From the IMG/VR virus record IMGVR_UViG_3300031726_000039, positions 1 through 25,398 of that record: a DNA stretch of 25,398 nucleotides, one strand, 5' to 3'. Made by a program: the position numbers and the translations under genes. Below the pieces are notes generated by a model. The model ran no database searches. It saw only the letters and a list, made by a program, of their open reading frames with translations, and was not told the origin of the DNA. This DNA is from a virus. Taxonomy: Duplodnaviria; Caudoviricetes. Positions 1 through 8,002 of this stretch are shown piece by piece (the first letter of the stretch is position 1; every line of letters starts with the position of its first letter).

Positions 1-1098
1 GTAGAGGTATCGGTAGGCGTTTTTACCGATAACGAACCTGTAAACGGAGATTGGAACGGAGAACAATATAGTGCCATTGCACGTAATCATCGACCAGATC
101 ACTTAGCCCTCCTGCCCGGCGGGACTGGTGCATGTTCAATCGAAGACGGTTGTGGTATTAGAGTAAATAAGAAAGGAGGAATAAATGTGGAAGTATTAAA
201 AATTAAAGATGCAATCAAATTATTAAGCAATTCTGGGTTTAATATTTCTGAAATGAACGTAATGGAGGACGGATACAATGTCAAAATGGAAATAATCCGT
301 AGGAAAATAGATAGTTTGGATTCGGAAACTGTTTATAATTATATGGAAGAACTTTTTGATACCTACGTTATCTACAATGTTCGGAACAGAAATGAAGGCG
401 GAAATAAATTATTCCGTCAAGATTATAGGATTGTAAATGATCAGGCAGAATTAATTGGAGATCCTGTCGAGGTCGTTAAGAAAGTGGATATTGAGTATTC
501 TCCAATTCAAAGTAATACCAGTATGAAAAGAACTAAATTTAATAACAAGGAGGTCAATCAAATGAATGAATGCGGACAGTGCATGGAAAAAGTGGTGGCT
601 ATTATAAACAGCAATTCCACCCCGTACACGGCAGAACACAGAGAATGGTTATTGACACAAAAGGAATCTTTTTTGGATCAAATTTTACCAAGTGATTACA
701 AAAAACAACAACCTGATGTTAACACCGCTCCTGCTGCAAGTGTAACGGCTGAACAAATTTTAAGTGTTTTAAACAGTATGAAGCCCGAGGATAGGGTTAA
801 ATTGTATGCCGAGGAAGATCGTCAAGCCCTTACAGCATTTAAAAAACAAATTGCTGATAAAAGGACTGTAATGATTGCGGGGATACAGGCAAACACTTCA
901 AAGGAACAATGGCCGGTAGAGGAATTAAATACAATGTCAGATTCTCAATTGGAACGTTTGTTAAATTCTGTAAAGAAAACAGAATTTGAAACGATGGATT
1001 ATTCCTTAAATGGAAATACAAGGAACGTAAATACAAATACTTCTTTGGATGAAATTGAACCATTGTACCCATGCGGTATTGAAATTGAAAAGAAATAA
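1..1098 (+). CDS. Head maturation protease/scaffold fusion, DUF2213-like (5'-truncated by window edge)
   Basis: Frame 1 is open from base 1 into the 187..1098 ORF. Bases 1-186 translate to VEVSVGVFTD...YSAIARNHRPDHLALLPGGTGACSIEDGCGIRVNKK, the end of a DUF2213-type domain (DHLALL...GACS...GCG). The C-terminal part is helical/charged and scaffold-like. Located directly upstream of the decoration and capsid genes. Confidence 0.8.
   Translation, partial: VEVSVGVFTDNEPVNGDWNGEQYSAIARNHRPDHLALLPGGTGACSIEDGCGIRVNKKGGINVEVLKIKDAIKLLSNSGFNISEMNVMEDGYNVKMEIIRRKIDSLDSETVYNYMEELFDTYVIYNVRNRNEGGNKLFRQDYRIVNDQAELIGDPVEVVKKVDIEYSPIQSNTSMKRTKFNNKEVNQMNECGQCMEKVVAIINSNSTPYTAEHREWLLTQKESFLDQILPSDYKKQQPDVNTAPAASVTAEQILSVLNSMKPEDRVKLYAEEDRQALTAFKKQIADKRTVMIAGIQANTSKEQWPVEELNTMSDSQLERLLNSVKKTEFETMDYSLNGNTRNVNTNTSLDEIEPLYPCGIEIEKK
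562..1098 (+). CDS. Putative in-frame nested scaffolding protein (internal start in protease gene)
   Basis: Perfect AAGGAGGT at 547-554, 7 nt before an in-frame ATG at 562 (MNECGQCMEK...). Analogous to lambda C/Nu3. Confidence 0.55.
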   Translation: MNECGQCMEKVVAIINSNSTPYTAEHREWLLTQKESFLDQILPSDYKKQQPDVNTAPAASVTAEQILSVLNSMKPEDRVKLYAEEDRQALTAFKKQIADKRTVMIAGIQANTSKEQWPVEELNTMSDSQLERLLNSVKKTEFETMDYSLNGNTRNVNTNTSLDEIEPLYPCGIEIEKK

Positions 1099-1118
1099 AA
1101 CGAAAGGAGGAAAAATAA

Positions 1119-1616
1119 ATGGTATACAAAACGGTTAAATTAAAAAATTACGGAAACGTATTTGTTGAATTGGAAGCTAATGCAGCTATAATTCCTGGGA
1201 TGTTGGTAGAAGTTATGAGTACCAACAAACTTCGTGCTCATGCAAGTGCGGCAACATTTGCCATGCCTATGTTTGCACTCGAGGACGGAATGCAGGGTAA
1301 GGGTTTAAAGGATAATTATGTTGCAGGTGATCAAGTGCAGGTTTGGATTCCTGGTCGCGGGGATGAGGTTTATGCTTTGTTGGTTGATGGTGGACAGGCA
1401 GTAGCTATTGGTGATACACTTGTTTCGGCTGGTGGTGGTTATTTGAAAAAATCACAGGATACAATTAACAGTTGGGAAAGTGTTGATGCAGGAATGGACA
1501 TTTCAAATAAATCCATTATTGGAATAGCCCTCGAGGCTAAAGATATTTCCGGTTCTGGCTCTGATAGTAGCGCAGGTGGACAATATTATCCATATTGCAG
1601 AATCAGAATTGTATAA
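1119..1616 (+). CDS. Head decoration / capsid cement protein
   Basis: 165 aa, located between scaffold and MCP. Beta-rich pattern (AAIIPGMLVEV...YVAGDQVQV...VAIGDTLVSAGGGYLKK...IIGIALEA) typical of capsid-stabilising proteins. SD AAAGGAGG at 1103-1110. Confidence 0.75.
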   Translation: MVYKTVKLKNYGNVFVELEANAAIIPGMLVEVMSTNKLRAHASAATFAMPMFALEDGMQGKGLKDNYVAGDQVQVWIPGRGDEVYALLVDGGQAVAIGDTLVSAGGGYLKKSQDTINSWESVDAGMDISNKSIIGIALEAKDISGSGSDSSAGGQYYPYCRIRIV

Positions 1617-1641
1617 TTAAAAACAGAAAGGAGAAGAAATA

Positions 1642-2784
1642 ATGGAAGACATAACAATGAATGTAAATGTGGATCTTATCGCCAATGGTATAGCCCAAGG
1701 TCAGGTTGCAAATCAATTACAATCTAATGGCAATTTAAATCTTGGAGCACTTCGTCCGTTTAAGGCGTTTAACAAAAAAGGTGAATATGTTGGTTCGTAC
1801 GTAAATATTTATATGGGCGGAAACCCAACACAGCCTACCAGTTATAAACTTGTGCCTATTGGGACTAATGCAACCTTACGTAGGGATGAATGGAAACAAT
1901 TGGATGATGCAATCCAGGAAATATCCCGTCAACGTCTTGGTGGTGTGGATGATTTAATTTCTAAAGGGCTTACGTATAACCTCGGTAATGCAATGGGAAC
2001 AACGGTGCTGGAATGGCATGATGTTTCGGAGGCATTAGAGGCTAAGATCACAATGGACGGTGTTACAAGAGGACAAAACGATCAATTAAATTTCCAAACT
2101 AATTACTTGCCAATACCTATCATTCATGTTGATTACGAGATTAACGCAAGGATGTTGGCGGCTTCAAGGAGTCTTGGAAATCCTCTTGATACTACATTGG
2201 CAGAACGTGCAGCCCGACGAGTTAATGAAAAACTTGAAAGTATGTTGTTTACTGACACCACCTACGCATTTGGAACAAAGGACGACAGAAATAGGAATAA
2301 GATTTATTCTTATGTTAATTTTCCTGATCGAAATCAGATTTCAATGGGCACGGCTTGGGATTCTTTGGATGTAGATTCAGCAACGGCAGACGGTGGACAG
2401 ACAATTGTTGGACAGGTTTCGGATTTGAAACAGGCATTGATTAGTGCACATTTCTACGGTCCATATCAGTTGTATATTCCTACTGCCTATGAAACTGTGA
2501 TTGACATGGATTATAAGGCTGAAAGTGATGTAACAATCCGGGAAAGGATTCTGAAACTGGAAAACATTAAAGGTATTAAGGTGATTGATACCCTTCCAGC
2601 TAATAACGTTCTTTTAGTCCAAATGACTAGCAATGTTGTAAGACTTGTAAGAGGCATGGGTATTCAAAATGTTGAATGGTCCGAAGAAGGTAAATTTATT
2701 ACCAAATACAAAGTAATGACTATTCAAGTTCCACAGATTAGAAGTGATCAGGGTGGAAAGTGTGGTATTGCACATTTAGCATAA
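1642..2784 (+). CDS. Major capsid protein, HK97 fold, Linocin_M18/encapsulin-like family
   Basis: 380 aa. Motifs TLRRDEWKQLDDAI, LPIPIIHVDYEINARML, LDTTLAERAARRVNEKLE, FYGPYQLYIP and VPQIRSD resemble encapsulin-like phage capsids. Syntenic position fits. SD AAAGGAG at 1627-1633. Confidence 0.85.
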   Translation: MEDITMNVNVDLIANGIAQGQVANQLQSNGNLNLGALRPFKAFNKKGEYVGSYVNIYMGGNPTQPTSYKLVPIGTNATLRRDEWKQLDDAIQEISRQRLGGVDDLISKGLTYNLGNAMGTTVLEWHDVSEALEAKITMDGVTRGQNDQLNFQTNYLPIPIIHVDYEINARMLAASRSLGNPLDTTLAERAARRVNEKLESMLFTDTTYAFGTKDDRNRNKIYSYVNFPDRNQISMGTAWDSLDVDSATADGGQTIVGQVSDLKQALISAHFYGPYQLYIPTAYETVIDMDYKAESDVTIRERILKLENIKGIKVIDTLPANNVLLVQMTSNVVRLVRGMGIQNVEWSEEGKFITKYKVMTIQVPQIRSDQGGKCGIAHLA

Positions 2785-2787
2785 TAT

Positions 2788-2816
2788 TAAATTCACTAAT
2801 CAAGTGATTTTATTTT
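2788..2816 (+). promoter_or_regulatory. Hairpin with TAATCAA loop plus T-rich tail after MCP (terminator/attenuator-like; copy 1)
   Basis: TAAATTCAC-TAATCAA-GTGATTTTATTTT. A near-identical element follows the tail tube gene. Confidence 0.45.
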
Positions 2817-2834
2817 AACTTAAAATTTTAAAAT

Positions 2835-3218
2835 ATGTCTCAAATACGATTTAAAAAAGAGGGTGGAGGATCATTAAGACTTAATGGACGAATGATTAAA
2901 CCTGGACAAATATTTACAGCCGATCCGAATGATATTCCAGCGGCATTTAGGGATACGTGTATTGCACAGGAACCGTTTGATTTTAATAACATACAACCAA
3001 AGGAAATACCAATTGTTGATGCTCCTGTATATACATTGAGCCCCGCAAAACGGAAAGGTTGGTTTGATATTATCGACGTTAATGGTAAAAAGCTTACGGA
3101 AAAAGCTTTGAAAGAGGATGCCGCAATTGCTTTATTAACCGACCTCGGTGTTGATGTATCAAACATTACAAAAGGAATTGCAACGGAAGAAATTGAAGTA
3201 ACCGGAGAAAAAGAATAA
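2835..3218 (+). CDS. Hypothetical head-associated protein
   Basis: 127 aa ORF immediately after the MCP, with an A-rich start context. Two small domains and an acidic tail, as is common for post-MCP accessory proteins. Confidence 0.6.
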   Translation: MSQIRFKKEGGGSLRLNGRMIKPGQIFTADPNDIPAAFRDTCIAQEPFDFNNIQPKEIPIVDAPVYTLSPAKRKGWFDIIDVNGKKLTEKALKEDAAIALLTDLGVDVSNITKGIATEEIEVTGEKE

Positions 3219-3224
3219 ATAAAA

Positions 3225-3911
3225 ATGGCTATTTGGCAAGTACCTAAAATGTGGGAAGATGGGGATGTTTATATTCTAGGAGGAGGTCCTTCTGTAACTA
3301 AACAATTCAATATCCCCGATGCCATAGTTCAGGAGGTCGTAAAAGGAGAATCTCCACGTGTGTATTCTCCTTATATGTCCTTCTTACATAATAAACATGT
3401 TATTGGTATTAATGTATCTTATTTAATTGGGGATTGGATGGATATGGTATTTTTTGGTGATAGTAATTTTTTGGAACGTAATATGCAGAATTTAATTAAA
3501 TTCCCTGGTATTAAGTGTTCCTGTCATCATATTGTCTTACCATACAATTGGATTAAGTATATTCCTCGAGATAGACGTCCGCGGGGGATTAGTGGAAATT
3601 CAAAAACAGTTTGTTGGAATGGAAATAGTGGTGCGGCTGCAATTAGTGTGGCGGCACATGCAGGGGCAAAAAGAATTATATTGCTTGGTTTTGATATGCA
3701 TTTAGATTTAAATGCAAAACAACATTGGCATAATATTTATAAACGAACTCCCGATCCTACGAAATTACATGCCTTACCATTTCACAGACATTTACCAGGA
3801 TTCCCAGTAATTGCACATGATGCAAAGATAAGAGGAATTGAAATCCTGAATTGTTGTCCTGATAGTGCAATCGAATGTTTTAAAAAAATTAATATAACTG
3901 ATCTGCAATGA
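3225..3911 (+). CDS. Maf/DUF115 (MptE-like; GT29/GT42-related fold) putative glycosyltransferase
   Basis: Motifs ILGGGPS, VIGIN, FFGD, GNSGAAAISVA..AGAKRIILLGFDM and EILNC..DSAI..F match the Maf/sialyltransferase-like Rossmann pattern. Confidence 0.6.
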   Translation: MAIWQVPKMWEDGDVYILGGGPSVTKQFNIPDAIVQEVVKGESPRVYSPYMSFLHNKHVIGINVSYLIGDWMDMVFFGDSNFLERNMQNLIKFPGIKCSCHHIVLPYNWIKYIPRDRRPRGISGNSKTVCWNGNSGAAAISVAAHAGAKRIILLGFDMHLDLNAKQHWHNIYKRTPDPTKLHALPFHRHLPGFPVIAHDAKIRGIEILNCCPDSAIECFKKINITDLQ

Positions 3912-4687
3912 ATGTAATAAAGATAATGGGAGGGTTAGGAAATCAATTATTCCAATATGCGTTTGGACGTGTTCAAATATCCAACGGTTTATATGTTAAA
4001 TTTGATTGCCGTACCTACGATAAGAATAATAAACAGAAGTGGCCAAGAGATTTTCAATTAAATAAATTTGAAGGAACACATGTTAGAAATTCTCCATTTA
4101 TCCTCAGCCAGCCTACAATTGATGATCATAAGGTAGGCTTTAACTTAGATTTACTTAAGTTAGATAATCATAATTTTCATGGTTATTGGCAGTATTTGGC
4201 GTATTATGAAGGCATACTTGATACACTTAGAAAGGAATTTAGGGTAAAGCAGGAATTATACAATAATGTTTTTACTCATTTATTTTTTGAAATAACAACA
4301 AAAGAAAATTCCGTAAGTATTCATGTCCGAAGAGGTGACTATTTGGTGCAGACGTGGGGGATTTTACCATTTACATACTACTTGCAGGCTGTACAACATA
4401 CGAAAGGAGATATTTATATATTTTCCGATGATATTGAATGGTGCAAAAAGCATTTTAAACAAGATTATTTTGATAGACAAATAACATTTGTTACAACAGG
4501 AGAGGATTGTCTGGATTTTGAATTAATGAGGCATTGCAAACATAACATAATAGGTAGTTCTACATTTAGTTGGTGGGCTGCAATGCTGAATGAAAATTCA
4601 AATAAAATTGTTTGTGCTCCTAGTCAATGGCTTGGAGGTTGGACTGATACATCATTAATTTACCCACACGAGTGGATTAAACTTTAA
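3908..4687 (+). CDS. GT11 alpha-1,2-fucosyltransferase-family glycosyltransferase
   Basis: Motifs MGGLGNQLFQYAF, GYWQ, SIHVRRGDY, FSDDIEWCK, DFELMRHCKH and STFSWWAA. ATGA overlap with the upstream gene. Confidence 0.93.
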   Translation: MNVIKIMGGLGNQLFQYAFGRVQISNGLYVKFDCRTYDKNNKQKWPRDFQLNKFEGTHVRNSPFILSQPTIDDHKVGFNLDLLKLDNHNFHGYWQYLAYYEGILDTLRKEFRVKQELYNNVFTHLFFEITTKENSVSIHVRRGDYLVQTWGILPFTYYLQAVQHTKGDIYIFSDDIEWCKKHFKQDYFDRQITFVTTGEDCLDFELMRHCKHNIIGSSTFSWWAAMLNENSNKIVCAPSQWLGGWTDTSLIYPHEWIKL

Positions 4688-4691
4688 TCGA

Positions 4692-5315
4692 ATGTTATTA
4701 AAAGGTTTTGAAAAACATTTAAAGGAGTGTAGAGGTGCAATCCACGTAGGAGGTAACGACGGTGCGGAAAGATGTTGGTATGATGATATGTGGTTTAAAA
4801 AAGTAATTTGGTTTGAACCTGATTCTGTTTTATTTCATCAATTGGCTAAAAACCTCACATTTTATCCTGATCAACGTGCGGTACCTTTTGGGATTCATGA
4901 CACATTAAAGGAAGCTACATTAAATATTGCAAGTAATAACGGACAAAGTTCATCTATTCTTGAATTGGGAACACATGCGGAATCATACCCTCGAATAAAA
5001 TATATTGGAAAAAAGACTATTAAACTTGTCAGACTGGACGAAATAATTCCAAAGATAGATTCATTTGATTCCTTCAATTTTATCAATGTAGATGTTCAAG
5101 GAGTCGAATTAAATGTATTAAAAAGTTTGGGAGAAAATATTATTAAATTTGATTACATCTATACGGAAGTAAATGAGGAGGCAGTATACAAAAATTGCAG
5201 TTTAATTTCGGAAATTGATAAGTATTTACAATCATATAATTTTATTCGTGTGGAAACAATAATGAAGGCCGCACATTGGGGTGATGCATTATACATTAAA
5301 AAAGAATTGGTATGA
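4692..5315 (+). CDS. FkbM-family SAM-dependent methyltransferase
   Basis: Motifs IHVGG, WFEP, SSSIL, RLD, NVDVQGVELNVLKSLG, YTEVN...Y and WGDALY. Confidence 0.88.
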   Translation: MLLKGFEKHLKECRGAIHVGGNDGAERCWYDDMWFKKVIWFEPDSVLFHQLAKNLTFYPDQRAVPFGIHDTLKEATLNIASNNGQSSSILELGTHAESYPRIKYIGKKTIKLVRLDEIIPKIDSFDSFNFINVDVQGVELNVLKSLGENIIKFDYIYTEVNEEAVYKNCSLISEIDKYLQSYNFIRVETIMKAAHWGDALYIKKELV

Positions 5316-5836
5316 TTACAAATAAACTGAAACATTATTTAAATCCTGTTTTCATCGAAACAGGTAGTTATATAGGAGAGGGGATAATGGCTGCAAAGAA
5401 GGCGGGATTTCAACGCATTTTTTCAATTGAACTTTCGGATCATTATTACAATATATGTAAGGAGAAGTTCGGAAAAGAAAGGAATATATACTTACATCAT
5501 GGTGATACAATTAATGTCCTTCCAAAACTATTGAAAATAATTAATGAGCATATTACATTTTGGCTAGATGCACATTGGTGTGGTGATGTTTCAGCCTGTG
5601 GACCTCAAGCAGTTCCATTAATGGATGAATTGTTAGCAATTAAAGAACATCCAATTAAAATCCATACCATTTTAATTGATGATATGCGATTGTTAAGAAC
5701 TCATGATGCAGAATGGAAAGATTTAAAATACGGAATAAAGGAACTTGAAAATATGGTTTTATCAATTAATCCAGAATACAAAATAACGTATATAAAAGGT
5801 TTAATTTCACAGGATATTTTAGTTGCCCAGGTATGA
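5312..5836 (+). CDS. Class I SAM-dependent methyltransferase-like protein
   Basis: Motifs FIETGSYIGEG, FSIELS, GDT, FWLDAH and ILIDDMR. This type is often found in glycan gene clusters. Confidence 0.75.
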   Translation: MITNKLKHYLNPVFIETGSYIGEGIMAAKKAGFQRIFSIELSDHYYNICKEKFGKERNIYLHHGDTINVLPKLLKIINEHITFWLDAHWCGDVSACGPQAVPLMDELLAIKEHPIKIHTILIDDMRLLRTHDAEWKDLKYGIKELENMVLSINPEYKITYIKGLISQDILVAQV

Positions 5837-6408
5837 ATGCATATGTAATTAATTTGGATAGTCGAATGGATAGGATGGAAACTTTCAAAATGAATTGTTT
5901 TCCATTTCCTGTTAATAGATTTTCAGCCCTTACCTCTTCATGTGGAGAGGATGGTTGTACTAATTCACATTTATCCATACTTAAAAAACAAAAAGAATTT
6001 CCATTTGCCGTATTTGAGGATGATTGTTTGTTAATTCAGCCTTGGAAGATTGTAGAAAAGGCAATCAGCCAATTGCCCAATGATTGTGATGCATTATGGT
6101 TAGGTGCTAATTTGAGACAACCTTTGGAACGATATTCCAATAATTTGTTCAGATTAAAAAAGGCTTGGTGTCTGCATGGCGTAATTTATTTTACACAAAG
6201 AATTGTTGATTACATTTTGGAAAATCATAACACTCCTTCGGGGATTAATATTGATACTTTTTATTGTAAGGATGTTCAGTATAATTTTAATTGTTTCATT
6301 GTTTCACCTATGGTTACCGTACAGTGTGCGGATTTTTCAGACATAGCAAAAAAGAAAACAAACAATTACGTGGAATTAATTGACAATTATAGGAGGTATA
6401 CGAAATGA
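5833..6408 (+). CDS. GT25-family glycosyltransferase
   Basis: Motifs YVINLDSRMDR, GCTNSH, VFEDD, ID and the C-terminal Q...SDI. Confidence 0.85.
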   Translation: MNAYVINLDSRMDRMETFKMNCFPFPVNRFSALTSSCGEDGCTNSHLSILKKQKEFPFAVFEDDCLLIQPWKIVEKAISQLPNDCDALWLGANLRQPLERYSNNLFRLKKAWCLHGVIYFTQRIVDYILENHNTPSGINIDTFYCKDVQYNFNCFIVSPMVTVQCADFSDIAKKKTNNYVELIDNYRRYTK

Positions 6409-7190
6409 ATAAAGACATTAATAAAATAATTTTTTATAATCAAATTTCTAAATCCTATGCTTTCGATCAAATGGAATATATGTTATCTGAGGAATGGCAA
6501 AAAGTTAGGACATTATTTGTTGATAATTATTTCATCAATCCTATTGATCCTGTTTATAATATTCCCCGCAAAATTCATCAAATTTGGTTGGGTTCTAAAC
6601 TGCCTGAAAAGTATTTAAAATATACGGAATCATGGAAACAGATTCACCCAAATTGGGAATATAAATTGTGGACTGATGAAGATATTAAAACCTTTAATTT
6701 TTCTGAAAATGGTAGAAACGTTTTTGATAATGCAGTGAACCAAGGAATGAAATCAGATGTATTAAGGTATGAAATTTTAAACCAATTCGGTGGTTTATAC
6801 GTTGACACGGATTTTGAATGCTTGAAATCTTTTGATATTTTATTGCATTATAACTTTTTTACAGGTATTGGATTTGATGGAAAATTGCAATTATACAATG
6901 GTTTGATTGCAAGTGTGCCTAATCACAATATTATGAAAGAGATGTTGGAAAGAATGCAGATATATAAAGGAAATAAAGGCTCTGCTATTTTAAATGTAAC
7001 AGGGGCTAATTTATTTACACAGGTATTTTTGGAAAATTGTAATCTAAAAAATACGATAGCTTTTCCAACAGATTTCTTTTATCCACTTCCGAATAAGGAA
7101 ACGACAAATAATCCATATCAATTTGTTAAACCTTGTTCTTACGCTATACATCATTGGGCAGTATCTTGGGTTAATAAAAAGAAAAAATAA
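6405..7190 (+). CDS. GT32 (OCH1/SUR1-like, DXD) glycosyltransferase
   Basis: Motifs IPRKIHQIW, SWK..HPNWEYKLWTD, SDVLRYEIL..FGGLYVDTD, TG and YAIHHWA.SW. SD AGGAGGT at 6391-6397. Confidence 0.9.
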   Translation: MNKDINKIIFYNQISKSYAFDQMEYMLSEEWQKVRTLFVDNYFINPIDPVYNIPRKIHQIWLGSKLPEKYLKYTESWKQIHPNWEYKLWTDEDIKTFNFSENGRNVFDNAVNQGMKSDVLRYEILNQFGGLYVDTDFECLKSFDILLHYNFFTGIGFDGKLQLYNGLIASVPNHNIMKEMLERMQIYKGNKGSAILNVTGANLFTQVFLENCNLKNTIAFPTDFFYPLPNKETTNNPYQFVKPCSYAIHHWAVSWVNKKKK

Positions 7191-8002
7191 TGGACTGGAT
7201 TCAAGGAGATAAATTTAAATGGTTGGCAGATTTCACATATGCTCCTGTTGAAAAACAAAAGGATGATTATGATCATCTAAGTAATTTTTTTGATTTATCC
7301 GCACTGAAAGGCGGTGATGTTATTTACACGCATACGATGTATGTAAAACAGTTATTTAATTGCCTGAGTAAATTAAGCGGGGAATTTATTGTAGTTACTC
7401 ACAATTCGGATGAAAACATAGACGAGACCTATAACATTCCTGAAAATGTTAAACATTGGTTTACTACAAATGTTAATTGCATCCATCCTAAAGTAACGTC
7501 CATTCCTATTGGGCTTGAAAACGACCGTTGGTTTATTTCAACACATAAAAAGGAAAAGATGTTGAATAAAATGAAGCAATGTAAAACGAAAAGGAATTTA
7601 GTATATGTAAACCATAATGTTTGCACGAATACAAAGGAACGTTTAAAACCATATCAATTGCTAACGGACAAACGATGGGCCACAATAGAACGAGGTAAAA
7701 ATGGTTGTGATTTCGATAATTATTTGGATAATATGTATCATCATTCCTTTATGATCTGCCCACAAGGTAACGGAATGGACACACACAGGACATGGGAGGG
7801 TCTGTATATGGGAACTATTCCCATTGAAAAGATTAATTTAAATAATCAGTATTACCTTGACCTTCCTATTTGTTTCGTACATGATTGGGAGGAAATAACA
7901 GAGGAATTTTTATTTGCGGAATATATGAGAATTTCACAGGTGCTTTGGAGTAAAGAAAAATTGAATTTTACGTATTGGAAAAATAAAATTAAAAACACAT
8001 GA
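7190..8002 (+). CDS. Exostosin/GT47-like (GT-B) glycosyltransferase
   Basis: Motifs VVTHNSD, IPIGLEN and FMICPQGNGMDTHRTWEGLYMGTIPI (exostosin-type C-terminal motif). TAATG coupling with the upstream gene. Confidence 0.7.
   Translation: MDWIQGDKFKWLADFTYAPVEKQKDDYDHLSNFFDLSALKGGDVIYTHTMYVKQLFNCLSKLSGEFIVVTHNSDENIDETYNIPENVKHWFTTNVNCIHPKVTSIPIGLENDRWFISTHKKEKMLNKMKQCKTKRNLVYVNHNVCTNTKERLKPYQLLTDKRWATIERGKNGCDFDNYLDNMYHHSFMICPQGNGMDTHRTWEGLYMGTIPIEKINLNNQYYLDLPICFVHDWEEITEEFLFAEYMRISQVLWSKEKLNFTYWKNKIKNT

Noticed and set aside
185-199. Out-of-frame minigene ATG TGG AAG TAT TAA behind the SD at 172-179
   Set aside because: SD spacing fits the in-frame GTG at 187 at least as well, and nothing else supports a 4-codon peptide.
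187-1098. GTG 187 as the true start of a complete gene
   Set aside because: The frame is open to the window edge and the upstream part encodes the conserved protease motif, so 187 is at most an internal start.
1642-2784. Cellular encapsulin nanocompartment / linocin bacteriocin
   Set aside because: Flanked by protease/scaffold, decoration, neck and tail genes, with no cargo enzyme. It is a phage capsid.
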